A DNA stretch of 64,000 nt. Origin: Candidatus Bathyarchaeia archaeon. GTDB taxonomy: Archaea > Thermoproteota > CALKCG01 > B24. The stretch spans positions 64,001-128,000 of the forward strand of contig JAVZJD010000002.1 in the NCBI GenBank assembly GCA_038870975.1. The letters are read 5' to 3'. Each line of letters starts with the position of its first letter. The first letter of the stretch is position 1. The position numbers and the translations under genes are program-made. Below the pieces are notes generated by a model. The model worked only from the letters and a program-made list of their open reading frames with translations. It did not search any database and was not told the DNA's origin. Below, one piece after another: positions 20,398 through 30,117 of the stretch.

Positions 20398-21216
20398 TTA
20401 GGGTTTTCTACCTTTAACAAGATATGCCGACGTGAACAACGCTATGGCTACTATTGCTATTGCACCGCTAGTAGGGATATTAAAGTAGAGTGAGAAAGCT
20501 ACCCCTCCGAGTCCTGATGTGAGGGCTATTAATAGAGATAGTATAAACATGGTTTCTACAGAACGTGTTAGAAACCTCGAAGTAGCGGCTGGAACCACTA
20601 GGAGTACGACGGATAGTAGGACACCGATGGTTTTAGCGACTACAGCAACAGTTACAGCTGAAACAGCGAAAAGTAGTAAATCGTATAATCCTACTCTAAG
20701 TCCGAAGGCTTCGGAGGTTTCAGAGTCGAAGCAGATATATAGAAATTCCCTGTAGAATAGAATGGTGACTATAATTGCCACGGTTGAAGCAACGGCTAGG
20801 CTGAGTACTTCTAAGTTTGAGAGTAATAGAAGGTCGCTTACTAAGTAACCGTCTACAAGCATCTTCTTATCTATTGGTAGATAGCTCCTTACGACCGCGT
20901 ATACCGTTACGCTTAAAGCTAATGTAAAACTCAACATAACGCCTAAAGCCTGAGGGCCACTTCTCCCAGCGCGTGATATGAAGATAGAAGTCATTACACA
21001 GAATAGTATTACGAATAGGAATGGATCTAAAACACCGGGGAGAATAATCTGAATTAAAACGCCTATTGCCGCACCGCCTAAAGCTGCGTGTGAAACTTCA
21101 GGCGTTATATACAGGGCCCCCCTTAGGAGCATTAAAGTTGAAACTATAGCTGAGAACGATGCGAATACTACTCCTAAAATCGCCTTCAAAATAAACGGCT
21201 CAAGCATGTCTATCAC
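20398..21216 (-). CDS. znuB: Mn/Zn ABC transporter permease
   Basis: VSHAALGG, CFD..S..FG, IGVLL, VPAA; polytopic membrane protein. Confidence 0.88.
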   Translation of the reverse strand: MIDMLEPFILKAILGVVFASFSAIVSTLMLLRGALYITPEVSHAALGGAAIGVLIQIILPGVLDPFLFVILFCVMTSIFISRAGRSGPQALGVMLSFTLALSVTVYAVVRSYLPIDKKMLVDGYLVSDLLLLSNLEVLSLAVASTVAIIVTILFYREFLYICFDSETSEAFGLRVGLYDLLLFAVSAVTVAVVAKTIGVLLSVVLLVVPAATSRFLTRSVETMFILSLLIALTSGLGGVAFSLYFNIPTSGAIAIVAIALFTSAYLVKGRKP

Positions 21217-21964
21217 CTAGAATCACCATACGTTTACCCTCCCTCTCTACAGTTTTAACACACGGATAAGTGTTCTTCAAAATATCCTCGTTTAAAACGT
21301 TACTCGGCTCTCCGTAAACGCATACAGTCCTATTTAAAACGAGAATTTTATCCGCTAACTCCACTATAGGGTCGAATTCGTGCTCTACGATGACTATACT
21401 CCTCCCATTTTCTTTAAGAGATTTAAAAATGTTGAGCAGTTTCTCTTGACTTTCAACATCCAATCCTGCAAATACTTCATCTAGAAATAGAATCTGCGGG
21501 TTGGATGCTAATGCTCTAGATATTAAAACCCTCCTCTGTTGTCCTCCACTGAGCTCATTGAACGGGACATCCCAGTAGTCATACATGCCCATGTATTCTA
21601 AAGCCTCCTTAGCTTTTTCAAAATCCTCTCTGGAGACAACCCTTGGAAAACGCTTCTTAAGCAGTATCCCCATTAAGACGACTTCACCGACTTTCAAAGG
21701 GACTTCATAAGATATCCTATCCTTCTGAGGAACATAACCAGAAAGCATCCTCAACTTCAAACCATCTGTGAGAGTATTTAAACCTAAAATTTCTACAGAG
21801 CCTTTAAGCGGTTTAATAATTCCGAGCATCAATTTTATCAAGGTTGTTTTACCAGCACCATTCGGCCCGACGATCATTAAAACCGACGGCTTCTCGACTT
21901 CAAAACTTACACTATCCAATACTATACGTTCTCCAAGTTTAACCGTAACGTCTTTCAGAGATAT
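21200..21964 (-). CDS. znuC: Mn/Zn ABC transporter ATPase (conserved N-terminus extends 15 codons upstream of TTG 21919)
   Basis: GPNGAGKT, YVPQ, LSGGQ, LDE, VEH; upstream in-frame ISLKDVTVKLGERIVL. Confidence 0.88.
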   Translation of the reverse strand: MSLKDVTVKLGERIVLDSVSFEVEKPSVLMIVGPNGAGKTTLIKLMLGIIKPLKGSVEILGLNTLTDGLKLRMLSGYVPQKDRISYEVPLKVGEVVLMGILLKKRFPRVVSREDFEKAKEALEYMGMYDYWDVPFNELSGGQQRRVLISRALASNPQILFLDEVFAGLDVESQEKLLNIFKSLKENGRSIVIVEHEFDPIVELADKILVLNRTVCVYGEPSNVLNEDILKNTYPCVKTVEREGKRMVILGDRHA

Positions 21965-22992
21965 TACTGGGCCGTTCGTCTTCTCACACTCCGAATCAAT
22001 ATGATGGTTTCAATCACCACCACGAATAACGCTAGAATCGCCGTCAGAAAGTAGATGTTAAATCCGCTTGAAGACGACCTCCGGTTTGTTAGAAGAGCAT
22101 TGTAAACTTGCCCAGCGTTGTAGTACATGACGGAATCGTATTGATCTAAACCGTTGGATGAAATAGTTAAGACATACGCAATTGAACAGCCAGTTTCCTC
22201 AGATAACTCCCTGAGGGCGTTTTGAACACTGCTCATCGAGAGGGCGACATCCGAGACCAATATACAAGCGTATTCTCCGGATTTAAACCCATCATACACC
22301 TTCATTAGAGTCTCAGGTTTTATAGTCTCTTCTTCACCCTTCAAGACTATACTGACCTGTAAGCCCATGGCCTCTGCAATGTATTGTTCACTGTAAAAGC
22401 CTACTACAACTTTCTTATTGAGTTGTCCGTACTTCTCCGAAAGCTTCGCAAGAGCATCTTTAAGTTTTAAAATTCTTTTCTCAAATAGAATATAGTTCTG
22501 CGTAAACTCTTCGGAGTATTCAGGTTTGATTGTTGAAAGTTTATCTTTCAATGCTTCAGCTATCACTATAGCATTATCTGGCAGAAGCCAGAACCCGTGG
22601 ATATTCTTCTCACCTTCAATATCAAGTATCCTAATCCCATTCAACTCTAACAGGTTTATAGATGTTAGACTTGGTTGAATACTTCTCTCTTCTGAAACCC
22701 TCTCAACAAGCTTCTTCTCCCAATCCATATGTCCAGTTATGACGATTAAATCGGAATTTAAGACTTCCCGAATAATACTGGACGTTAGAGTAAAACTGTG
22801 GGGTTCTACTTCTCCCGATGCTATCGAATAGATTTCACCTTTATCCCCTAATATTGGCGAGATAATAGTCTTTAAAATATCCAACGTAACAGCTACCCTG
22901 ATCTTCGCATCCCGCTGAGCTAAACACGAAGACAGGTTTAAACCCACCAGAGCAACAGCTATAGCTACGATTGGTACTTCCTTACGCAACAC
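21964..22992 (-). CDS. znuA: Mn/Zn ABC substrate-binding protein with C-terminal TM anchor
   Basis: Signal peptide, EPHSF, NIHGFWL, C-terminal hydrophobic helix. Confidence 0.85.
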   Translation of the reverse strand: MLRKEVPIVAIAVALVGLNLSSCLAQRDAKIRVAVTLDILKTIISPILGDKGEIYSIASGEVEPHSFTLTSSIIREVLNSDLIVITGHMDWEKKLVERVSEERSIQPSLTSINLLELNGIRILDIEGEKNIHGFWLLPDNAIVIAEALKDKLSTIKPEYSEEFTQNYILFEKRILKLKDALAKLSEKYGQLNKKVVVGFYSEQYIAEAMGLQVSIVLKGEEETIKPETLMKVYDGFKSGEYACILVSDVALSMSSVQNALRELSEETGCSIAYVLTISSNGLDQYDSVMYYNAGQVYNALLTNRRSSSSGFNIYFLTAILALFVVVIETIILIRSVRRRTAQ

Positions 22993-23426
22993 TCATCCCC
23001 TCTAGGGATACGCTCATTATGAGGACATTTTTCAGGATGTCCCATGATACTACACATAGAATCGACAACCTCTTCTGAAAGATACAGCTCGATTCTACGC
23101 GCACACTTACATGCGTCTTTTAAGCTTATTGAGAGGAACCTGTAAGCATAAGTTTCGAAAACCCTGTGGTTCCTAAGGATTCTATCGACCTCTCTAACAC
23201 CAGCCTCCGAAAGACTAACACCTTTCCAAGGCCTCCTCTTAAGCATACCTTTACCGTAGAGCTTCTTAAGAGTCTCACTGGCAGTTGCACATGAAACCCC
23301 CACAGCTTCAGCTACTTCAAGGGTTCCAACACTCTCTCTACCAGAGAGTAATCTAAAAATAGTCTTGAGGTATTCCGCTTCTTTCTCGGTTAAAGTCTTT
23401 GATCGACTTCTCCTAGATTTAGGCAC
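22965..23426 (-). CDS. DtxR/MntR family metal-dependent regulator
   Basis: EYLKTI, HTH, RNHRVFE, GHPEKCPH; first gene of the metal ABC operon. Confidence 0.9.
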   Translation of the reverse strand: MPKSRRSRSKTLTEKEAEYLKTIFRLLSGRESVGTLEVAEAVGVSCATASETLKKLYGKGMLKRRPWKGVSLSEAGVREVDRILRNHRVFETYAYRFLSISLKDACKCARRIELYLSEEVVDSMCSIMGHPEKCPHNERIPRGDECCVRKYQS

Positions 23427-23452
23427 AACCTAATTTAGGTTTAACCTAAATT
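23419..23452. promoter_or_regulatory. Tandem DtxR-type operators TTAGG-N5-CCTAA
   Basis: Boxes at 23419-23433 and 23435-23449; perfect AATTTAGGTT-T-AACCTAAATT at 23432-23452; cover the start codon and promoter of the DtxR gene. Confidence 0.85.
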
Positions 23453-23599
23453 TAAACATATCTTAGAAACCCCTCACTAGAAGACCCCTAGGATATTGGA
23501 CTTTAAAATGAAAATGGGAAAATGAATTTAAATCCATGATAAGTTGAATCGTAGAAGAAGCATCGGTCTAACTTCAACATCCTCCTTCAAAACCCTCTA

Positions 23600-24547
23600 C
23601 TATAGGTATAAGTCAAACCAAGTCTTTGCCAGTACGAGGAAGTTAGGAGTGTATGCGTGAGTCTGACCGTGGAATTCAATAATAGCCCTAGTACTTGGTA
23701 GCTTCTCATACAGTGAGAATATTAGATCATATGGACATATATCGTCCCGTTCTCCTGCTGTCAGAAGTACTGGATGTCTCATCCTAGGCGCATGGGCTAT
23801 CGTATCTACAAAGCCTAAAGTGTGGAAGCACTTTTTAAACCCATCTGCATCCTTCGGTAGACGTGCAAACACCATATCGTATGCTATTGAACGCTTCTCC
23901 TTCAAAAATTCTCTTGGAAAATTCGTTAGAAATGGTACATCTGCAGCAACGGCTCCTACAATACCCTCATCTGAAAGAATACTACCGAGTATTAACGAAG
24001 CTCCACCGCCTTGGCTAGTCCCATAAAAGCCAATCTTCCTATCGACTTCATTCTGTTTCTGAAGCCAACGTAAGGCTATTATAGCGTCTTGAAACCACAA
24101 ACGATATCCATACTTCTTCGGGTTTTCAAGGTTAAGATAGATGACTCTAGCTAAACCATCGGCTTCTCTCCACTCTCTATTTCCAAAGCCCTCAGGGCCA
24201 CAATACCCCCTCGGGTTGATGTGGAGAACATGGTATCCATTATGCACTAGACTCGGATGTACCGATACTTCAGTTCCATAGCCGGGTAAATGTATCAGAG
24301 CCTTACGGACACCAGGCCTTGGACACTTCTGCCATAGACACCAGAAGGGCTTCCCATCTAAACCCATAAATTTAAGCCAGACTCCGCCTCCAATATGGTA
24401 GTCACAGGGGTTTGGATAAACCCTCTGAGTTTGATCTATTACTTCTTCAGGTTTAATGGATTCAGGGATTTCACAGACGGCCTCTCTCCAGTAGTCTTCA
24501 ACTTCATCAAGTGAAGGATAAAAACTCAACAATTCCTGCAAATCCAT
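23600..24547 (-). CDS. CE7-like acetyl xylan esterase / cephalosporin-C deacetylase
   Basis: PGYG, GTSQGG nucleophile elbow, DVPFL, DDICP, TH catalytic triad. Confidence 0.85.
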   Translation of the reverse strand: MDLQELLSFYPSLDEVEDYWREAVCEIPESIKPEEVIDQTQRVYPNPCDYHIGGGVWLKFMGLDGKPFWCLWQKCPRPGVRKALIHLPGYGTEVSVHPSLVHNGYHVLHINPRGYCGPEGFGNREWREADGLARVIYLNLENPKKYGYRLWFQDAIIALRWLQKQNEVDRKIGFYGTSQGGGASLILGSILSDEGIVGAVAADVPFLTNFPREFLKEKRSIAYDMVFARLPKDADGFKKCFHTLGFVDTIAHAPRMRHPVLLTAGERDDICPYDLIFSLYEKLPSTRAIIEFHGQTHAYTPNFLVLAKTWFDLYL

Positions 24548-24811
24548 ATACTACATATGAACTGAGAAGTTCCTTTTCTAATTTACGGTCTAACACGATT
24601 CTACTTACCTATGAAATCGGGCTAAAACATAATACATACAGCTGGAGGCTTCACATGGGATGGGAAGAAGATACTCACATGGAATAAGGTAGTCTGGATT
24701 CTACTCGTCTTAGCGACAACAGCTTTAATAGTATTGGATGTAATATTCTAGTGGAAGAATGCCTACAATAGAATCGACTAGACGGCTTAGGAAGTAGCTA
24801 TCGGAAGTACT

Positions 24812-25015
24812 CTATGGAATTTTTACGTGTTTGAATTTCTCGCTGGCTTGTTCTCCACTCACGCCCCAGTTCTCCTTTGGAATTTCATGTACTATTACTT
24901 CAACAGCTTCTGAAGGTATACCCAGCTCAGTGAAGACTTTAGTTATTCCCGCTATAGTCTTCTTCTTAGCTTCGTTGGAGAAACCGCTCCAAACATACAC
25001 GTGTACAACAGGCAT
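24812..25015 (-). CDS. 4-oxalocrotonate tautomerase family
   Basis: N-terminal Pro (MPVV), AVEVIVHEIPKENWGVSG. Confidence 0.9.
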   Translation of the reverse strand: MPVVHVYVWSGFSNEAKKKTIAGITKVFTELGIPSEAVEVIVHEIPKENWGVSGEQASEKFKHVKIP

Positions 25016-25192
25016 AATTTAACCTCGGTCTTTCAATCTTAAAACTCTTATGCAACATGTAAAACGTTTAGAATGGAATTGATCTGGCAGCCGGAATTTA
25101 ATTTGAAACCAGAGAGTCAGTAGATGTATTGAAATACGATAACATTTTAAAACATCCTTTCCTCTTCTACCATCTTAAAAGCTTGTGAAGCT

Positions 25193-25792
25193 ATGGGTCT
25201 CCAGAGGAGTAAAGTAGTAGTTTTACTTTCGTCTTAATATTCTATCCCATTGGGGTCTATTTACACCCGTTAATGCCTGAGGAAATGGTTAGTGAAGTCG
25301 ATGGGTGTCTTCCTAAATTCTGGCCTCTTTTCATACTTCCATTTATTTTCACCGGAATCGCTCTACTGTTTATAGCAATACCTAAAGGATAATATTGAGA
25401 GTTTTAGGAGATACTACGATGGATTCACGGTCATATTCTCCCTATTCTTCTCCATATACTCAGAAGTTATCCTATGGAATTTAGGAATCCAAATAAGTCC
25501 TTTGATACCAATCCCAATAGGTATTGGACTCTTACTCTTCTATACTGGTATCCTATGTGAAAATGCTAAGAAGAATTGGTTTATTGGGATAAGAACGCAT
25601 TGGACTTTAAGTAGCGATAGAGTATGGGAGACAACGCATAAACTTGGCGGTAAACTATTCAAAACCACTGGTGTAATAGGTATTCTAGGAGTTTTCATCT
25701 GAGAATATGCGTTAATTCTAATCCTTGCTTCAACACTATCGGTTTCAGTTTATACAATCATCTACTCATACTTTGACATTAGAGAGAGCTAA
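25193..25792 (+). pseudogene. SdpI/DUF1648 immunity-family membrane protein, frameshifted
   Basis: Fragments in shifting frames: GVYLHPLMPEEM, LFILP, NWFIGIRTHWTLSSDRVWETTHKLGGKLF; stops and frameshifts. Confidence 0.82.
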
Positions 25793-26058
25793 AGCAGAAG
25801 ACCAAGTAACATATCAGTCGGCTTTACTATTCTCTTTTCTCTACGTGAAGAGAAAACTCAAATTCACCAGTAAAATTTCCTAGAGACCGTATGAGACTTT
25901 TAGATTTAAGTTTCCTATAGAACTAGCTAGAAAGGTTATAGCGGAAATCCTATTGTCAAAATGAGATTTCGATCGAAGATAACTGATAGCGATTAGCCTA
26001 CATAAAAAGCCGTATAAAGCTACCTAATACGTGTTGTAAATAAGCAAACTATTCCATT

Positions 26059-27039
26059 CTAAACTTTATTGAACTCTTCTAGTAGCCACTTTTTAAACTC
26101 CTCGAATGAGCTGAATATCTTCGAGGTATTCGGTCTCATCCAGACGCTGGAGTAATCGACCTCCTGCCCCCACCAGTACCTACTGTGAAGATATCTAGCT
26201 TCATCTACTGGAATAAACTTTATCTTATCCCCCTCAACCGTTATGGGATCCCAATCGACTATAGCCACTAGGTCGCCGCCACCACCCAGTAGGACGCAGC
26301 CGTGTCCTCCCCCCACCGTCGTCGATAGGTAGGCTACTGGGAGCCTCCTACCGGTTATATCGGAATAGATGTAATATAAAGCGGTTAAAACGACGGCGTA
26401 GCTCCAGCAGAGACCTCTACGCTGTCTGAAGCTCAGTACAACCGACCACTCATAAATCTTTATAAACGGTCCATTTGAATAAAAGAGATGCTCCGCTAAA
26501 TCGAAATAACTATCACCCACCTCAGTTGTAAAATAATTACCTCCACCTATGTTGATGGATAGTAGTGGTATTAATGGAGTTGACGCCTCTTCATCTATGG
26601 TGAAGGCATCTCTCCAAGCCCTATATATCCTGTAGAGGTCTGACTTAAAGTCCTCTTCAGTTCCATCCCACCCTCCAGTAGCGTCCATCACAAATTCAAC
26701 CATCTCTCTATCGTAGGCGAAGTAGTATTTCTCCGCAAACTCCTCCTTCTCCATCAGCGTGAAGTTTCCGAGAACTACGAGTTTACCGTTCAAATACATC
26801 AACGCTGCCTCCAGCTCTCTATTCGCCTCAAGAACTCTATGATAGCTCGCGTTAAGCGCTTCAACAGTTGTCTCCAATTCCTTCAGCCGACCGTATAGAG
26901 TTTCATGTAGTATCTCCAACTGCTGAAGCTCCATCCTAAGCTGTCTATTCTCAGAGAGCAGAACGTAAGACGTATACACACTGAAGATTGTAAGTCCAGC
27001 CAACAATAGTACTAGCCCTTTCCATACCCTAGGGCTCAC
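26059..27039 (-). CDS. Membrane-anchored coiled-coil protein with transglutaminase-like domain
   Basis: N-terminal TM, heptad stalk, Cys-His-Asp order in RGLCWSYA / GHGCV / IVD. Confidence 0.7.
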   Translation of the reverse strand: MSPRVWKGLVLLLAGLTIFSVYTSYVLLSENRQLRMELQQLEILHETLYGRLKELETTVEALNASYHRVLEANRELEAALMYLNGKLVVLGNFTLMEKEEFAEKYYFAYDREMVEFVMDATGGWDGTEEDFKSDLYRIYRAWRDAFTIDEEASTPLIPLLSINIGGGNYFTTEVGDSYFDLAEHLFYSNGPFIKIYEWSVVLSFRQRRGLCWSYAVVLTALYYIYSDITGRRLPVAYLSTTVGGGHGCVLLGGGGDLVAIVDWDPITVEGDKIKFIPVDEARYLHSRYWWGQEVDYSSVWMRPNTSKIFSSFEEFKKWLLEEFNKV

Positions 27040-27499
27040 AATAGAAGCACCTCATAAACTATGAATACACCTGCGCATATAAGCCTTACATACAAACCAT
27101 ACGAAGCTTCATCAAACTCAATTTTAGACGAAACACATACGCTAGATGGCGTCAATTTACATAATATCGATACACAACATGAACCATGTGGAGAACTAGA
27201 GAAGATGTCCAGGTTTTTCTTTCAGTTCCTTAAAATCGTCTATCCCAAGGCTCTTTAAGAGTTTATCAGCCATAGTGTTCCAGTCGCTCTGGCTATAATC
27301 GATAAATAAGACTGCATGGTATTCCTCATTATAGGAAGATTCGTAAGCGACTTCAATGACGGTAGTTTCTTAAACATATATGCCGGGGATCCATATAGCC
27401 TTCTTTGTCAACCTTACTAAAGTCAGCGTTTATGAAGGCTACGTCGATGAGCGCATCAAAAAGTCCTCAACAGCTGAATATAAAGGTTTTCTGTCTTCA

Positions 27500-27541
27500 A
27501 GATGAGTTGGCTCACCAGCAAGGATATCAGCCAACTCATCT
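27500..27541. repeat. Perfect 13-bp inverted repeat (hairpin, 16-nt loop)
   Basis: AGATGAGTTGGCT (27500-27512) / AGCCAACTCATCT (27529-27541). Confidence 0.8.
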
Positions 27542-27991
27542 CTACTCTTTACAATATTAAATTTGATTTTAATATTAAAAAGCTGAGAGAAGAACAGAAG
27601 AAGACAGAGAAAGAAGAGAGATGGGTTAGTGGGGTTGGGGCATTTACAGGCTCTTTGGCGTAGATTCTAACTGAGCATTTACCCTCAGGGTGCTCTATGA
27701 TGTTATATGTGGCGAGCTTCTTCCTTCTAAAAAATCTGTAAGCACTCCATGGAGACGTCGCTTACACTCACCATAAGTGCCCTTAATGAAACTTTGAAGC
27801 GACTAAAAATACCTATCAATAGGATTGAGTGTTGGTGCAGGGTTAGATTCAATTAAAAATGTGGCAAAAACCCGTGTGAGTTCAAACCGAAAAGAAAAAT
27901 AAAAAAACCAATGCAAAAACAAAGCAAGAATCAAGCCCATTTCTCACTCAAAAACAGCCTAAAAATAAGCCCAAAATGAGCAAAACTATGA

Positions 27992-28098
27992 TGCGGGGGG
28001 TGGGATTTGAACCCACGAAGGGCTACCCCACAGCGGCTCTGAGGATAATATTTTTCCTCCTCAGCGCTGCGCCTTAGGCCATGCTTGGCTACCCCCGC
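27992..28098 (-). tRNA. tRNA-Leu(GAG) with 22-nt intron at 37/38 (28037-28058)
   Basis: GCGGGGG/CCCCCGC acceptor, long variable arm, GGTTCAAATCC; BHB with CTGA/TCAG central helix, 3-nt bulges and GGA/TCC outer helix. Confidence 0.93.
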
Positions 28099-28194
28099 TC
28101 CATTAATTATAAATGGCTCTTCCTCTTTTTAAATTTAGCTCCATTTTAATTCCTTAAACTTATATATCTGCGGTTTGATTCTTAAAGGGTATAT

Positions 28195-28767
28195 ATGGAG
28201 TTCGATTTAACCCCTCTTCTAACGTCTTTTACGCTAGTTTTCCTAGCTGAGCTTGGGGATAAAACTCAAATATGTACGATTATGCTGTCTTCAAGGTCTT
28301 CAGCAGTCTCAGTTTTCTCTGGTGCTATGACTGCCTTCTTCGTAGTTGATGGTTTAAGCGCATTATTGGGCGGTGAGCTACTTCGCCTCCTGCCTAGAAG
28401 TATAGTCGGTTTAGCCGCTGGTTTAATCTTTATACTGTTCGGTTTACTCTCTCTTCTCCGTAAAGAGGGGGAGGAGGTTTTCGATAAAGCCGAAACATCG
28501 TTCTTTAAAACCTTCTCCTTTGTTTCGCTTATGGAGCTTGGAGATAAAACCCAAATGGCTTCAATACTCTTAGCAGCTCAATTTGAAAATCCACTTATGG
28601 TTCTAACAGGTATTATGTTAGCCTTCAGCCTTATAACTGGCATCGGCGTTTTACTCGGCAGTAGAATCTTAAGGCTTGTAAAGGGTAGTTACTTGAAAAT
28701 AGGCACGTCTATAGTATTCATACTGTTCGGCTTTATCTTAATTTTAGAATCGCTATCAGCATTTTGA
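28195..28767 (+). CDS. TMEM165/GDT1 (UPF0016) Ca/Mn transporter
   Basis: Two ELGDKTQ motifs. Confidence 0.93.
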   Translation: MEFDLTPLLTSFTLVFLAELGDKTQICTIMLSSRSSAVSVFSGAMTAFFVVDGLSALLGGELLRLLPRSIVGLAAGLIFILFGLLSLLRKEGEEVFDKAETSFFKTFSFVSLMELGDKTQMASILLAAQFENPLMVLTGIMLAFSLITGIGVLLGSRILRLVKGSYLKIGTSIVFILFGFILILESLSAF

Positions 28768-28822
28768 GTTTAAACATTAATATTGAAGCTACGTTTTATT
28801 CAAAATATCATGGTGACTAGGA

Positions 28823-29923
28823 GTGAGAGTTAAATTCCGCCATTCCCTCATAGACCCTAAAACTATTGGAACATGCAACTCCATATGTTTAGTAGGGGAT
28901 ATTAACGGCGATGGTTTCGTAGACGTTGTAATAGGCAATTTCACTGAATCTCCATCTGAAGAAGGCTACTTAGTCTGGTATGAGTATCCGGGATGGAAGA
29001 GACATATAGTGGCTAGAGCGAATTTAGAGGCGGGTGGGGTGTTAGTTGATGTTAATCATGATGAATGTGTAGATATTGTAGCTGGTCAACCGTACTATGG
29101 GCGTGAATTATACTGGTTTGAGAATCCCCCGGATCCTACGGACAACTGGATTAGACGTGTAATAGATAATAGTTTTCAGAAGTACCATGATCAAGCCGTT
29201 GGAGATGTGGATGGTGATGGTGAAGATGAAATACTCGTCGCCTCGCAGATTAGCAGGGTTCTAGTCTACTACGATATTCCTCCTGATCCAACAGTTTCAC
29301 CTTGGCCGGAGGAATACAGGCATCTAATATGCGATGATATTTGCGTTGAAGGTCTTGCAATAGCTGATTTAGATGATGACGGTTTAAATGAAGTTGTTGC
29401 CGGACCCAACGTATTTAAACCTCAGCCAGGTTTGAAAGGCAAGTGGTCTAGGAGAATACTGAGGGAATTCCACGCTAGAACCTACGGTGGGATAGTATTC
29501 TCTGAGACTAGAGTTCAAGTTGCCGATATAAATGAAGACGGTATCTTAGATATCGTTATGAGTGAAGCTGAAAGCGACATCGGTAGACTGGCTTGGTTTG
29601 AAGGTCCAGACTACAAGATACACATTTTAAATGAAAGCCTTTTCCACCCACACAGTCTAGCTGTAGCAGACTTCGACGGAGATAGCCATATAGACATATT
29701 CGTAGGTGAAATGCACCTTGGAAGAAATCCAAATCCAAGGCTTCTAGTGTATTTAAATGACGGTGGAGGCTTCTTCAGGGAATGCTTCGTAGTAGACGAA
29801 GGCACTGGTACTCATGAGGCTAAGGTGGCGGATGTAGGGAATACTGGTAAACCTTCTATAGTTGGTAAGCCCTTTAAACCTAAAACTCAAGTAGACCTAT
29901 GGGAGAACATCACAGGTCTATAG
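28823..29923 (+). CDS. FG-GAP/VCBS repeat beta-propeller protein, no signal peptide
   Basis: Repeated GDxNGDGxxD motifs, WYE/WFEN strands. Confidence 0.85.
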   Translation: MRVKFRHSLIDPKTIGTCNSICLVGDINGDGFVDVVIGNFTESPSEEGYLVWYEYPGWKRHIVARANLEAGGVLVDVNHDECVDIVAGQPYYGRELYWFENPPDPTDNWIRRVIDNSFQKYHDQAVGDVDGDGEDEILVASQISRVLVYYDIPPDPTVSPWPEEYRHLICDDICVEGLAIADLDDDGLNEVVAGPNVFKPQPGLKGKWSRRILREFHARTYGGIVFSETRVQVADINEDGILDIVMSEAESDIGRLAWFEGPDYKIHILNESLFHPHSLAVADFDGDSHIDIFVGEMHLGRNPNPRLLVYLNDGGGFFRECFVVDEGTGTHEAKVADVGNTGKPSIVGKPFKPKTQVDLWENITGL

Positions 29924-30117
29924 GTCTACCAAGGTTGTTGTTCAGGCTTCAATTTGACGACTCTTTCAGTAGCTGACATTAACAGGAAGGCGTTACACCA
30001 GCCAGCAGTATACGTGCTTAGATGTCGAGACTAATTTCAAACCAGCAAATGGAGGAGTCTTTATAAAAAACCATTGGTTGTCTATTGAAACGGTCTTTTT
30101 GCAGTTTAAATAGAGTA

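Noticed and set aside
27061-27258. 65-aa + strand ORF
   Set aside because: No recognisable motifs; the opposite strand holds a more protein-like broken frame.
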